From NCBI GenBank assembly GCA_951406725.2, contig OX597838.1, positions 42,346,001 to 42,410,000 on the forward strand: 64,000 bases of DNA, read 5' to 3'. Position numbers and translations under genes: made by a program. Within the stretch, counting starts at the first letter, position 1. Each line of letters opens with the position of its first letter. Positions 1 to 16,265 of the stretch are shown here, piece after piece. The DNA is from Octopus vulgaris (taxonomy: Eukaryota). The notes beneath the pieces are model-generated. The model was not told where the DNA came from. It was given only the letters and a program-made list of their open reading frames with translations, and did no database searches.

Positions 1-2035
1 CAGACTGCAGTAGTTGTTGACACAGGAGTTATGAAGGACTGTAATCCCAAGAAACCAACCCAGTACTAAAGGAATCCCAAATTGAGGACACTTGTCAGTG
101 GAGTTAAAAAGAGTATCCCACCATAGAAACCATGTTAAAGCAGACACAAGAGACCAACACAGCCCTCACACCCTCCTCCAACTGATGCCAACCTGGACAT
201 TAAATGGTGAGGATGATTTTATTCCAACGATTTCCACTTGTCAACACGCATGTGTTTGCCATGTGCACACATCCACGCATTCAGACAGTAAACACAAGCT
301 GCAATCTCAGTTAATGAGCATCTGCCAATGAAGAGTAAGGTGAAGCAGAGAAAGCCAGTGTTTGGAGAGCAGCAATTGGAATGGAGGGAAATTCAGTTAA
401 AAATCTTTTTTTTTCACCAAATGTATATGGGGGGGGGGGGACTGGAAAAGAAAAAGAAGATTTCTGGAAAAGAAACTGAAAAAGAATCATGATAGAAAAA
501 GAGATGCAATTATTTCTTTTATTTTTCTCAAAAGACAAAATGATGCAGAGGGGGAAACAAATTCAAGAGAAAATCTAGAGAAAATAATTTAGAAAAAGCC
601 TATTGAATTAAAAAATCAAGTTGTCATTGACAAGGTGAATTGGTTGGAGACGTTGGGTCAATCTTCTGATAGCAAGGCTAAAAGCAGTTGTCACTTGAGT
701 TTTTAATATAGGTTTGGTGGTGGTGGTGGTGGTGACGGTGGTGGTGGTGGTGATAGTAGTGATTAGCTACAAGAGGAAACGGAGAGGAAAATGAAAATAC
801 AGAGCAACGACAATGAAAAACAGAAAAAGAGAGAGAGAGAGCACATGTGATAAAGAATAGAAAGAGTAAAATGTGGCAGATACATACATACACACACATA
901 TATATATATATACACATACACCTACACATACAAAAATTAAAAATGTTAAGAATTAAGACTAGTAACAAAAATGAAATGAGTGAAGAGATCAGAAAGTCTG
1001 AAAAAAAGTAATTCTATAGAAACTGAGAAACCTGCCACCACCAAACCATCCACACACACATCCACACAAAATGACAAATCCACTTTATCAAAAGACAACA
1101 AACTATCTTACAGAAGAAAGAGAGAAAGAACAGAAAAGAAAAGAAAAATAAGGCCAATGGATTTATACAGATGCTTCTTTTAAACAGCGAAGACCAATCA
1201 TTCTTGGATGAAAGAAGATAATATTGAGATTATATAGAATGGACAGACGGATGCCTGCACTAAACCACTGCTGCCACCAATGTTGGTCGGTGATGAGTTT
1301 TTTGCTGTTGTTGGTTACTAATATCCTACAAAAATTTCCTTTAAGATCCCAGCAATCTTTTATCTCCCTTCTCTTTCTTGACTTATCCTCACTCTTTTAA
1401 ACATTAAGAGATAAAAACAGTGGCTCATTGCTGAGAACTGCAGTCTGATATATAAAAAAAAAAAAACGATGCTGGTTTACAAGAGGAGAGTTTACAGTTC
1501 AGAGCTAAATCAGAAAGTTTCAGGTCAAGGAAAAAAAAAAAATAAAAACCAAAATGTCAACTACTCATGGCAGGCAGAAACACAGTAGTAGCAATGCAGA
1601 GAAAGAGACAGACAGACAGACAGAGAGAGACTACATAAACTTCTTTTAAACACAATAACCAACAGTTTATGCAGTTCTCTTTCCTCTTCTTGTAGTTAAG
1701 TTTTTTTTTGGTTTTTTTCTTTAAGGGGAGGTGTTTTGGCATTGTTTTTAAAAAAAATGTCACTTAATTCAGTTTACATTCCATGCTTCAAAATAGTTTC
1801 AATACTAGTTGCAAACATCATTGACTAAGCTTTTTCTCTTCTTTTCCCACCATCCCCTTTATTTGCCCACTATTACTGTACATTTAATTCTGCCACTGAT
1901 CACGTGACAGACAGAAAAGAAAAAAGTCCCCCCCACCCACCCATGTATTTGTAAAACATTAAAGATGGCCCAAAAGCTCATACAACTGGCCATTAAATAC
2001 AAAAAAAAAAAAAAAAAAAATGGAGATCCAAGTCT

Positions 2036-2140
2036 TTACATTTTCCCTTTGCCCTTCACAGTCCCTCGGGGTGGAGTGACAGGTCGACCGGAATTCAAGC
2101 CTCCATATAAAAATTTCTTTTTATCAGCTGGTTTTAATAT
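2036..2140 (-). CDS. PPP1CA: PP1 coding exon 7 ([34 protein letters not shown])
   Basis: ttccag acceptor; conserved ILKPA and RPVTPPR (CDK inhibitory Thr); TAA at 2038-2036. Exons sum to 984 nt = 327 aa + stop. Confidence 0.96.
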   Translation of the reverse strand: MLKPADKKKFLYGGLNSGRPVTPPRGTVKGKGKM

Positions 2141-3092
2141 CTGGAACAAAGAAAAAACAAAACAAAAACTTAATAAATAGGTAAAAATTGACATAACTGA
2201 CAAAACAAAGTCTGGTGCTTTAGATTTTAATTAAAACAAGCTCAGCTTTTGTTGCTAGAAAATGAGTTATTAGCTAAACATTGTCAACCTCTGCACTTTG
2301 ACAATTGGCTCAATCAACGGACAATAACTTAAATATCTGGTCCCAAAGCCTGGTGTCAGCCTGATTCAGTTTACAGAAAGAGTACAAGAAAAGAAGCTAG
2401 GAAATATTAGAGCCAAGAGAGAGTCCAACCATCTCAACTTGATCCACACCAAAAGTAAGAATAATGACAGACAGAACTGTGATTGGTAGAGATGAAAAGT
2501 AACATGGCTTTCAAAGAACAATTCATTATCCATCATCGTGTGTTCTCAAAAAACTTGGTGGTAATACGGTATGATGGCTTATAAATGGATTCCGATTCCA
2601 AAAATATGAAAAATCCCCAAAGCAGTTGGTTGACCATCTTTTTTCTCTTTCCAATTGGGGTAGCCATGTTCCTCCTCTACCACAAGGCATGTTCCTGTCC
2701 TTCTTTCCAACTTTAGCCTCACACCTGGTATAAAGCCAACTCCCTCAATACCAGAGCCCCACTAAGTTGAGGGGTCTTATCTTGCAAGTCACTTGGTGAC
2801 CCCACTACTGCTGGTGACATGCAAAATGGACCCAGTGCACTGTTGTAAAGTGGTTGGAATTAGGAAGGGCATCCAACAGGCCAAAGCAGACAGGAGAGCT
2901 AGCTCACTGCAGCAGCTGCTGGCTTGTTTGGATCCTGTTGAACCATCCAGTCCATGCCAAGATGAAAGATGATGATTTTTAACTAAAAATAGACTGTTCA
3001 TTTAATTTTCCTTTAAAAAGACAAAAATAAATAAGTGAAATAATAAAAAAAAATTTTTTTTTTAAAGTAACAACAGCATTTGAAACCAATCA

Positions 3093-3233
<141 letters not shown>

Positions 3234-3721
3234 CTAAAAGATACAAGGACAGGAGCTTTGAATTTGTGAATGACAAGTAGCTTTTCAATAACTGATAAAC
3301 AAAAATCAATTCTGATGATGATTTATAACCAGAACTAATACAAATCACTTCCAGAAAATATTTCACATCATTACTGAAATAACCGTGAAATTTAATTTTG
3401 CAGTGAAAGGGTTAAAATATTGGAAGAAAATATTAAAATTTTATAGCAACAAGAATTCCCTTAATAAAAAAAAAAAAAAAAAAGATCAAGAGGAAGACAG
3501 AACACAAAATACCCATCCAATGCCATTATCGTTATATCTTCAGATAATGAATTACAAATAAAGGATTCCATGGTACACGGTCAAGAATACAATGACCAAA
3601 CCACGTGAAATGTAGAGGTAAATATTTAAAACTTGTTTTATCGAACAATTGTATGTCTCAATATAGTTTACACAGTTAAGAGATAATTCAGGATTAATAA
3701 ATTAAAAATAAAGTTCTATAT

Positions 3722-3900
3722 CAGTGCTTTTCAAACGTTTTGCTGGAGCAGAATCCCAAGGAAACATTCCACTGGCTCGAGCAACCCCTGTGCAATAATT
3801 TAATAGTCTTATGCACACATATCTGCACAGGAGAATTAAAAATTACTGCCGATTTTAGCAGTTTTGTAACTTCTTGCGGAACCCTGGTTGAAAACCACTG
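3722..3900. mobile_element. hAT-type MITE related to the 37664 element
   Basis: TIRs CAGTGCTTTTCAA / TTGAAAACCACTG; shares the subterminal TTGCGGAACCC..GGTTGA; TSD eroded. Confidence 0.75.
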
Positions 3901-4569
3901 CTCACTACAAACCCTACTCACGGTTAACGAATGTAAATAAAATAAAAACTGTCTACGCGTGAGCTCAATATCTGAGAGAAACCGTATTATGTAATTGTAC
4001 GTGCTGCTGTTGCATGTTTTGTTATGTTATTACTAATGTCCGTGTGTTGCCTATGACGCACTGGCAGAACACCGGAGAGGAGCCAGATAATCAATATCAA
4101 TTAAATATCAATACTTTGCCTACTTATCATTAATAAATTACTTCAATCAAGTAAAACAGTGGAAAATGCTCAAAGTGTTGTCTAATTCAGACACTGTTAA
4201 AACCAAGGTCAGCTGTAAGAATGATGATGATCAATTATTAATGGCTGCAGTGCTGATAAATTATTAATTGCGCTATTTTAAGTAACGATTTTATAATAAA
4301 TGAATTTGTATATAAATTTTACAAATTTACAATTTACTTTTGTTTCAGGCTGGGAGCCCACCATGAACACTTTTATAAACTATTCTGTCACTATACTAGC
4401 AAATCAGTATCGTTTGAAACAGCCCCCATTTTGATACTGGCACTATGTAACATAGAAATCCACGCTAACCATTGTTTATAGGAAATTGTTCTAAGCATGC
4501 CAAATATATGTTCCAAGTCCAAAACACACACACAACTCAAAAGAGAGGATAAAGAAATACAATGGTTTA

Positions 4570-4923
<354 letters not shown>

Positions 4924-5377
4924 TCACTAATGTACAAACACAAAGATACTTTTACTGCTCAGCAATGAGAAATTAAATCAAAAATTTGAAAAAAGAAAAT
5001 CATGACTTAATTCCAGTAAAACTTCTTCAGTTTTAACTTTGATACAGACATTGTTGACAGGTGAACAAATTAATTTTGACTCCACCTGTCATGCTTTACA
5101 ATAGAAAAAGTATTATAATGTAAAACCAATTCCGTTAAAAAATATTTGAACATCCTAATTTAGAGTCCTACATCATTAAGTTTACTGGTATTTAATGTTG
5201 AAAGGAATAAAGAAAACAATTAGAACACAATCTGGACTAAATTATTCTTAGGCACCAAATTCAGATATTGTGAAATATGATAACTGAAGTTATTACCATT
5301 TTGCCAAATTATATAATTCTCAACCATCACACAATGAAACCAACAACAACAACAACAACAACAACAATAATAATAAT

Positions 5378-5504
5378 CCTTTCTACCCCGAAAGGATGAA
5401 AGGCAAAGTCGACCATGGCACAATTTGAACTCAGAATGTAAAGACAGTCAAAATACCACTAAGCATTTTGCCCAGTGTGCTAACGATTTTGCCAGCTTGA
5501 CACC

Positions 5505-5506
<2 letters not shown>
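5378..5506 (-). mobile_element. SINE family A copy (partial)
   Basis: Reverse complement of the 46279 element's head and core. Confidence 0.8.
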
Positions 5507-5536
<30 letters not shown>

Positions 5537-5547
5537 CATCATCATCA

Positions 5548-5720
5548 TTAGCACACCAGGCAAAATGCTTAGCAGCGATTCGTCCATCTTTACGTTGTGA
5601 GTTCAAATTCCACCAAGGTCAACTTTGCTCTTCATCCTTTCAGGGTTGATAAAATAAGGACCAGTCGAGCCGATGTAATTAACCCCCCCCCCCAAGCTGC
5701 TGGCCTTGTGCCAAAATTTG
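5548..5720 (+). mobile_element. SINE family A copy
   Basis: TTAGCACACCAGGCAAAATGCTTAGC...GAGTTCAAATTCC...CATCCTTTCAGGGTTGATAAAA. Confidence 0.8.
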
Positions 5721-6747
5721 CAAATTGTTTTGCGCTATTTCATTTTCCTAATTTTTCAAATGTTGCTGAGGCTTTACTTTTAATCGCTTGTCATTAAAAA
5801 GCCACACACGGAGATCAACTGCCCAAACTACTCTTGGTTAACTGAGATTTCTGGCGATGCATGAAATTACTATCATTGTTAGAACATTTGTAAAAGTGAA
5901 GCTGAAAACAAAATTTGTAAACCTTCACAGTGAAAGTATATCCTCCTCCCCCTCCTCCATATAACAACTCTATCTTACTTTATTCATACACACAAAACAA
6001 TAAAAAGCGTTTATGTACTGCAAGACTGAACAAGAGGAAATATCAGAAACAGACAAAGGAAAATCTTAAGTAATTATGAATCTAGGCAAATATATGACTA
6101 AAGTACATGACCTCAATAAGCTATCAACAAATAATAGTCTATATAGGAGCTTATTATGATTTATTAAAAATTTAGAAGATATTGGCACATGACAGCGAAA
6201 TAAAATATAAAGAAGTGCACGCCAAGGGAGTCTAGGTAGAGGTCGTGCACAGGTTGATAATTAAGGGGTTCAGAAGTCAACCAGAGGGCTGTTAATATAT
6301 GATGCAGTCTAGAGTAGCTGTCCAAGTGTAATATGGGGATCATGTTGAATCTCTGTAAAGGGGTCAGAAACTGGTCAATAAAAAGTCGTTTTGATGAATG
6401 GTTTGTGGTTGCCTGGAAATTCCACAATGCAAATTATAACATTTACACCAACTTCAAAGATCTTAGCTCTGTTCTTTATGCTTCAGAAAGACTTGCATCT
6501 TGGTGTAGCAGCTCTAACGGAAAAAAAAACTAACCAACGAAACATTTGAAATAGCAAATACGACTTTTAAGTAGGTAGCGATCTTATTTAATAAGTGATT
6601 ATGTCACTAGCAAGAAAAAAATGCTCACATTCTAAAAAGCCTGCTATTTAACAGATTACATAACTGATCTGTCTCATTAATGGATGATTACAACAAAATA
6701 TAGAACATCATTAAATATCAAAGACAATAAAATGTCCTTGAAATTTA

Positions 6748-6978
<231 letters not shown>

Positions 6979-9900
6979 TTATCAGAGAGAATTAAATTCA
7001 GTCAGATTTTCTATGACCAAATGCTCTTCCTATCACCAATATTCACCTGTTTCCAAGCAAGGTAGTATTCCCACAGAGCTGGACATGCTTTTCATAAAAG
7101 ACTAGAAACACTTGAATAACAATGGTACTCATCTACAACTATCATGTGATATTTCAGTTTTCATCTACTAAGTTCATTCAAAGCTTTGGTCGATCTAGAG
7201 CCCAAGGTCCCATACAAAGGAACAATGTAATTGGGAAGCAAATTTCATGGTAAAGCTCCCCCCACAACAAAAACTTGGCAGAATTTGAAAACAAAGCAAC
7301 ACAAAAAAAAAAAAAAACATTCGTGAGAGAAATCATTGAAAAGTTTTCAAAGAGATTAAATCCATTTTAGTCCAATTCTATAATGACCTATTTACACACA
7401 AAATTCTATTTAGGAAGTGCTGTTCATTTTGGACTAATATAGACAGCTGTCTTTCGTCGCCTCCAAATGCTGGAATTTCTGTCTGAGCAAAATCTAGAGA
7501 GTCTAAAGTCACCATTTAGAAGCTAATTGGCTAGTAGTGGGCTTGTTGAATTTGAAAAACTTGTTCCACTTTCGTTTTTTCTATTCCATTCCACCCCACC
7601 ACTTCATATATATTTCCTTCTTTGGGCATTTTAAACCTGGTTTAATTCCCTCTGTATCTCTGAACACTCGATTTCTTCCAGAGAGACAGTAGAGGAAAAA
7701 AAAAACTGGCTCAGGTACCTAGAAAGAACGAAAGGCAAAGTTGACTTAAGAGCAATTTGAATAAACCCCAAAACATACTGATCTGACATTAATGACTTTC
7801 AATTAATTTACATATTGTTAATTGGTATTTGTATATGACTGTTATTATAAAAGCAGATATCAAACGTTTCTCTCACTTGGTTTAATTTAGTACAAATATA
7901 ATTGATTAAAGTTTTGGTTCGACATTGAGTAGCTTTAAAGTTGTTACAGAACACTGATAGGATTAAAATAACTTCTTTTTTTTTAAATTAAAAAAGTTTT
8001 TTTTTTATTACTTTTAACTGATAATCAGAATAAAAATATGTAGGTATGTATTTGTTGTCAAAGCTGAGTGAGAAACTGTCCTAGCCAGAGACAACAACAC
8101 TAACAGCTCCCAGTCAGGGGTTATGATGAGCATTGAAGGAAAGGGGCATCCAACACTAATTCTTGCTCAATATTTAAACCTTTCCTCACCATATTTCTAA
8201 CTGAAAGCTTTTGGATAAAAATAGTCCCAAAGGTCAGGAGAATACAAAATTCACATCATAAAAATGTCAACAATAGTAAAGTAAACATTTATCGCATGAA
8301 ATCACATTATCAATGGTGAAGTAATGAGATTCACGACAATATTTTGAATTAGTTTATGAATAGGTAGCCTCAGGTAGTTTAGTCACGAAAGGGCTATTGA
8401 CCGATCAAATTCATGAAATATAATCTGTGCATAGAATCACAACAGAAATTGTTCAACGAGAGGGGGGGGGGGAGCATGTTTAGTTGAAGTGAAATTTCAT
8501 TTCACATTCCTAAAATGTTGAGGCACAAGAAAGGAAAAATTGCTTGAGAAAAAGAAAGCTTACTACTTTCATTTCCTTTGGTCCTCCCCAGGAGATGATT
8601 ATTTCTACCAGGGTAGCATTGCTGGCACAAATACTGTAGGAATTAATAAGTTGTTGAATGAAGACTTATAAAGACCATGGTTTCTGTTGGGGCTTGTTTA
8701 TTTCCCTGTTATGCATGTTGTCCCCCATTTTTGGTGTCACTTAAACATTATTTTCTCCAGTAATTCTATTTGGAGAGGAACATAATTTCCATGGGTCCAT
8801 CCCACATTAGATTGATTAACTCTGGTCTCATTACCAATTATTGAATCAACAACATATAGTTAAACATATTGTTTTTCATCCCTTGGTTGAAAATGCAAGG
8901 ATAAACTTGCCTATACATTCTAAAACTGGGAACTCAACCATCTGAGCCTTCATTAAAAACAAGCTGTAGGGTCTAAGGTTCTAAAAACTGAAATGATGAA
9001 GTTGACCTGGCAGGTTCATATTGTTTCAGTCATTATTAAATATGTCATCATTGGTTTCCCCAACAACAAAATGGTCTGTTCCACAAATCTGACCTAATTC
9101 TATATTGGAAAGATGTACAATATTTGTTTCAGAAAATTTTAAGCTATTACATCTGGCCATGCATGCTCGCCTCATCGTCGCCTGACATTTCAATCACCTT
9201 TTGATTTCCTTTGTCTAAGATGTCTTTGTTATTTAGTTTAATTTTCAAATCTTTGTCTTAGATTCTCAGCCTCTTCCCCAAAACCAGAGTCCTATTAACA
9301 AATCCTAATGCCATTCATTATCTAATTTCTTTCCTTCTTTACACTCTGCATCTCGTCTTCTTATTTCTTCTCTTCAATTACCAGTCGTCTGCATTCACAT
9401 GTATCTCTGCCAGCTTCTCTTCTCATCTGAGCTTCACATTTCTTGAGATTGGCTGAGTATCTTCAACTTGTCTCGCTGCACAACATCTATCCACTTTTCC
9501 AGGATATCTTTCACACATTAGCGATCTTCAATCATTTCCATCCTGTGTCTGTTTAATGAAACTCTGTCCCCTCCTTTTACATCTTCACTCACTCTTTTAC
9601 TTCAAATAGCATTTTACTTTTCTTTCACTCACAAGTATTTTCATTAATTTAACACACACACACACTCTCTCTCTCTCTCCTGATGTTGTTGTTGCCATAT
9701 TTCTCCATGCACCATTATTTAGCCTGCTTCACACTGGATCTCTCTTTTCAATCCTCTGTTCTCTAGCATTTCATTGTATTAAAAAATTAGAAAATCAACA
9801 GGAGACTAATTTTATATTAATATGAAAGAGTGTACTGCTCTGGGGAAACAGCATTAAATTGTCAGTCTCTTTTTACCCTGTTACCTCAAAGGCCATCCCT

Positions 9901-11141
9901 AGTTGCAGGTTACCAAAGCATCTAAACTTACTTCTGCATATTTGAATTGAAATGTTTATGTCAATTCATATCTGATATTGTTACAGTGAGTTTAATGTTC
10001 TGAGAATTTTAAGAAGCAGCAAACATGAAAAGAACTCAGACTCTGCAGCAGGTGTTTCAATTTCTAACAGTAGAGAGCACACATCAGTGATGAATTGATT
10101 CCAGTCCAAAATTCCCAGCAGATATACAAATCAATCCTCATGCCCCTCAATTTTGCCAGGCTCTGTTTTCCACCAATTCAAGTGTTCCATACAAGTAACA
10201 GCCGACACTAATTGTTTGTTTGCACAAACAAGAAAAGAGGGCAAACTTGATGAATTTAGGTCATTTATAGTCATAAATACAACACTAGCCAGTCAAAACT
10301 GTTGTAAATTTTATAAAATACTTTATCTTCAAATTCATCAAGTATTCAATTACACACGCGAATCACTTACAAAGTGTCACATTCATTTTAAGTGAATGTG
10401 GATTTATTTCAATTTAGTTTTCTTCAAATGTTTTCATATTTTATAGTATTTTGTGTTATTTTTAACTGTACCTTATACCTATTTTAGAATTCACTCACAT
10501 TCAATTGAAAATCCAGTGCTGTGCACAATTCCATTATATATCTCAACTGAATATTAGTTAAGGCCTATATATGGTGATATTTAATTTAAATTTTGACAAC
10601 TTTCACATTTCACTGAATTTACCTGTAATTAGAGTAATTTTGGGACAAAACTTCAATAGATTATTTATCTGAGAACCTTTTGTAAGCTGTGTTCTAAACA
10701 GCACATTAATATATCAATAAACACCAAAAAAATTATAATCTTTTATTAAAACTTTCTAAAATATGTCACCTATTAGTTTCAAATGATTTCTAAAATATTT
10801 CTTAACACTATTTTTTTTTCTCATTGATATAGAAATGTGAACTTAAATTTTGTTTAATCCTTTCATTATCAACCCACATGAAAATTTATTTTGGCTCATA
10901 ATAACTAAACTATCCTAAATAACCCAGTCACATTTAAATGAGTAACTTTGACATAAATCTTGTTTTCACACCTGTGGGAACTGCTTTACATTGTCAAACT
11001 GTTTGTAACATGAAATTTGCATTTTCCAAATTTTGGATATCCCCCCTTCCCACCCCATTGTAAGTAACTATTAAATTTCTGCAAACTTTTTACAGAAAAA
11101 AATGACCAGTTTCACATTCACTTGTAGGGATTCTGAATTTA

Positions 11142-11186
<45 letters not shown>

Positions 11187-11202
11187 TATACATATATATA
11201 TA

Positions 11203-11267
11203 CTAGCAGTATCGCCTGGCGTTGCTCGGGTTTGTAAGGGAAATAACTATATAAGCATTTTTAGAGA
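11203..11267 (-). mobile_element. Helitron 3' terminal fragment
   Basis: CTAGCAGTATCGCCTGGCGTTGCTCGGGTTTGT, nearly identical to the 61745 end, again in (TA)n. Confidence 0.65.
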
Positions 11268-11834
11268 TCTCAATATGTAGCTTTTGTAGCATTGAGAGTT
11301 TGATGATGTGATTTTAGATTTTCAAAATGACATTGTAGGGCAGGTTGAGAGGCATGATCTGACCAGTTTGAACATAAAACAGAGAGAATATTTGGGTTGG
11401 ATATGGATGGATTAAAGTGACAAATATTTATATATTGGTGAATTGGTGTGAGTATGTGTGTGCTTGTTTGTATTTATTTCATTCTGTAGCTTTCTTCTTC
11501 AACCATAAATTTCAGTATTTTGAGTTCATTTACCTTCATGGTACAACTGGGAGACAAAATGAGCCAAAGCAACAAGGGTATGTCACTGGTGAGGTCACAA
11601 ACACCAACAAAGGACAAACAAATCAGCTGTTTGATCCAACAGTTAATCAAGATAGCAATTAATTAATTGGTCAACTAGTTGACTAACAATAAGTGAAATA
11701 GACCCTCTCTGTGTGTGCATGCTGCTTATTGATAAAATGACCTTCTCAAGATTCAAAACTTTTTCTCACATCAAGAACATTGCAAACAATACAAAAACAA
11801 AATTTTGTATTTATACACACACAGCTATATATAT

Positions 11835-12022
11835 ACTCTTTTACTTGTTTCAGTCAGTTGACTGCGGCCATGCTGGAGCAGCACCTTTAGTCGAGCAAAT
11901 CGACCCCGGGACTTATTCTTTGTAAGCCCAGTACTTATTCTATCGGTTTCTTTTGCCGAACCGCTAAGTGACGGGGACGTAAACACACCAGCATTGGTTG
12001 TCAAGCAATGCTAGGGGGACAA

Positions 12023-12055
<33 letters not shown>

Positions 12056-12227
12056 CACATATACGACAGGCTTCTTTCAGTTTCCATCTACCAAATCCAC
12101 TCACAAGGCATTGGTCGGCCTGGGGCTATAGCAGAAGACACTTGCCCAAGATGCCACTCAGTGGGACTGAACCCGGAACCATGTGGTTGGTTAGCAAGCT
12201 ACTTACCACACAGCCACTCCTGCGCCT
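11835..12227 (-). mobile_element. Full-length tRNA-derived CORE-type SINE (family B, resembling octopus OR/OK SINEs)
   Basis: Minus-strand head GGCGCAGGAGTGGCTGTGTGGTAAG...GGTTCAGTCCC (A/B boxes), CORE-like GGGCAAGTG, internal (TA)/(CA) microsatellite, tail ...TGACTGAAACAAGTAAAAGA. Confidence 0.85.
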
Positions 12228-13751
12228 AATTATATATGTATAATTAAAATTAATATTTGTTTAATAGAAATATTAACTGATGCAATCTTCTCTGCAGAAT
12301 GCCATTTTGCAAAGCTGTTTCAGCTGACCATCCACAGGAAGCTTTCTTTTTCTGAATTTGGCATCTTCCAACTGTTGATTTTCCACCACCCCACCTTTTT
12401 AATGAAGGACAAGCTGAATTTAAAGAAATAACCCCCACCCCCATTGTAGTTTTTGTTTTCCCTTCAGATTATGTTGCAATATCAGCCCAAAATTGCAAAC
12501 GATTACATTGCGTTTGATCCCCTTGTGATTTAGTATTGAACCTTATATTACACATGTAACACACCCACTTGCATAACTCATTGCACCAGGGTTTAAATGC
12601 CTCAAAGGATAATGCCCGATAAATAATGCAAGATCATGAACATTGAAGGAAGAAGTGGATAGAAAATTAATTCATTTCTTGTTTTTGCATGCAGACATTG
12701 TCTTTTCTGTTATTAGATTATTTCATAGTCAACTGTAGTTTCTATTTGCGAACATTGTGCCACACATTCTAAGTCAGTATGTTTCACCAAACTGAAAGAC
12801 CAGTAAAATAAAAAGAATGCCTTGCTTCTGGTATGCAAGTGATCATTTCTCCCTCATGCTGACATGCTTTGCTGTTTTTATTTCCTATATAAATATTAAA
12901 CTCAGAATAGTACACAGTGGTTGCCCTACAAATCTTACATAATCCCAAACTCCATTTCGTGAGCTTACATGTCATATATTGATGGGAATATATCCAACTG
13001 CCATTTCCAAGATGGACAATAGCCTAACAGCTATTTGTCAATGGACAATCTTCTGATTGGTTGGTAATAAGATTTAAATGTCCTCTATACAGTGTCAAGG
13101 AGTCATATTTTAACTAACGATGCTGCTTCCATATTCTGGTATATGCAAATACTGATACAGACTTAAAAACTATTCTGATATTGGAAACACTGAGGTCACT
13201 CAAGAAGAATCTAGGTTTCAGTAGCTGGTGACCCTGGGTAACTTCCTACAATAACATCATCATCATCATTTAACATCCATTGACCCCAATATTATAGTTA
13301 CTATCATGAAAATAAAAATTTGAAAAATTTTTAAATTATCAAAGAGTGCACAAGGCCACAGCCTGTCTTTCTATATGTCCTGCATAACAACTTGTTTGTA
13401 AAGCTATCCAGTGGGGGGAACATTTCAATACAGAAAATATAATAAGTCCTTTTGTTGCAAGAGTAAAATGTAATACTAAAAAATAATGTCAAAAATACCC
13501 ATCCCACCACAAAAAAACAGAAAATTCTAGAAAACACATTTCACATTAACGCAAGACAATTATACATCAAGTAATTAGTAAAAGCACAACACCTTCACTA
13601 ACACTACTATGTTAGTGAAGATGTGATTTCACTATTTATTATGAATAGCTAATTACAGGCAACATTGAGCAGGTTAATAATGAGTTAAAGAAATTTATTT
13701 ACACTCTCATAATAAACTCAGAGCAGGAATATATAATTTTTTTTCTTTTTA

Positions 13752-14219
<468 letters not shown>

Positions 14220-15999
14220 TTAGAGGCTTTTTAAAAGTCTGTGAAATAAATACATCAATTATTGTTAAATATATTTTAGTTAATCATTTGTCCTAATAAC
14301 TATAAGGTCTTCTAACTACACACAACAGCATCCAGATTAGCTGCAATTGACTAAGGAGGTGTCATCCACTGAGTCTCCAGATGCAAAAACCAGAACCCAG
14401 AATTCTTATTAAACTAGTTCAGTATGAGTGAGAGTTTGCATACACACACACACAATTTCTTACACCACACTGCTAAACACATGTTCGTTTCCCACTTATT
14501 GCCTCCTTACCCAATACCCATACCCCACTCTCTTTATTTACTCATTCACTACAATCTCATCTCCCTCCAGTCTCCTTTTTCTTTCTAATCACCATTACAT
14601 CACTATTCCCATTTCTGCTAATGATCCCTCCTTGACTGCCAATTCATGATTTTTGTCTCAAGCTCATTCATCAATTAGAGAAGGACCCTGTCCCTCCCAA
14701 TAACAAAACTGTCAAAATGGAATCTCTGTGTTTAAAATGGTACAGCCATTACTATAACACATTAGAGGATTTAGCAGAACAGGACACAGAATTAAATTTA
14801 TGGCTATCACCAGATGATTGAATACTATGAAGAACAAATTTATTCAATATACATAACAAATGTTAACCTTCTTGCAAAGATAAATGAATTAACTATTTAT
14901 CCTATAAAACCCAGCCTAAGACTCAAATCTAATTAAAATGAAAACCCCTTTAAACATATTACTCTTCAAACAACAGTTCTATTCCTGCCAATGGTCCCTT
15001 TGCACTTAAATATTTTACAATTGCCTATCAAACAACTGTCCAGTTAAAATACAACCTATATTTTAATTAACTGAAACAGTAACAGGTTATGGATGAAGTC
15101 CAATAGTTTGATACTTCAGTCATTAATGACACTATGAATGCTTGTTAATCATCAAAGTTTGGCAATATTTTATCAAGCTCAAGTAAAGCATGTTAATTTC
15201 AAATATTGGATTTAATATATTTAAGTTTGAATGGCCAAAGACAACTTTCCATTAGCATAGAATATAAAAGTCTGATCAAAGACTTGAGGCTATCAATGTT
15301 TGAAAGTGGATTCTATAACAACAAATATTAAATTGACTCAATAACTAGATGTGGTGCCAGAAAGAACCAATAAAGTTGCATCAACAATTTAATCACAAAC
15401 CATTTAAACAAATGGTTCTAGATGTAAGTGCAAAACCAAGCGAAGACATTGAAAAACATTATTAATGTTAGTGAAGTTGCTTTTGATAACGTTTAAGTAA
15501 GGAATGGCTGAGGTTAAGAACTTCACTTCACAGCCATGCGATTCAAGGGTTTGATTTTGCTGTGCAACTTTTGGGAAAGAGTCTACCATAGCCTAAGGTT
15601 AAACAATGCCTTGAGGATGGAATTTGGTTGACAGAAACTGTGGAGAAAGCTCATCTGCATATGTGCATGTACATCTTTTGTTGGAGAAACCCAAAACCTG
15701 GCAATACCCCCCGTCACTCTTGCTTTCAGAATCTTAGTGGACAAGGGACAGACTCATTGGGAACCCATAACCAACAGCATTATTGGTGACAGACTGAGAT
15801 TATATTCAAGATTTTTCCAGGCTAGCATAGGTTTGGAAGGAGATTTTATTTGAGACAGGAATTTATAACCAAATGCTTTTGCAGTTCCTAACTTTACCTT
15901 TTTTTTCACCACTTCAAATAAGGGATATCTTTAATTCCACAGGTCTTTGGAAAGGCAAAGCAACTAGTCATAATGTCAACACCAGCAACACTATGAATG

Positions 16000-16265
16000 C
16001 AGCCAGAATGACATTACACATCCGAATGCATGGCCATGTTGCTCAATTTGTGTTCTTGTCACTGAGGATCGGGCTGGGGTGACAGCTCATGTTGGTTGAC
16101 CACATGCCACATGATCATGGCAGATGAGGAGCTATTTTGTAGAGATGGAGATTGACTGGGACTCCGCTCAACAAGTTGCTCGCGAGGACTTGGGAAATAT
16201 ACCGACAAATGGCAAAAGCAGCAACGTGCTGCAATGGCACATGCCCCCACATCTGACTTGACCTC
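16000..16265 (+). mobile_element. RTE-clade (Expander-like) LINE 3' end
   Basis: RMHGHVAQF...AQQVAREDLGKYRQMAKAATCCNGTCPHI*, followed by a TGAC(C/T) tail. Confidence 0.55.

Noticed and set aside
218-1863. PP1 polyA signals (AATAAA on - strand at 1858, 518 and 218)
   Set aside because: These hexamers are expected by chance in AT-rich DNA; the used site cannot be chosen without 3'-end data.
4008-4145. Possible solo LTR (TG...AATAAA...CA)
   Set aside because: No convincing TSD, no second copy and no PBS/PPT.
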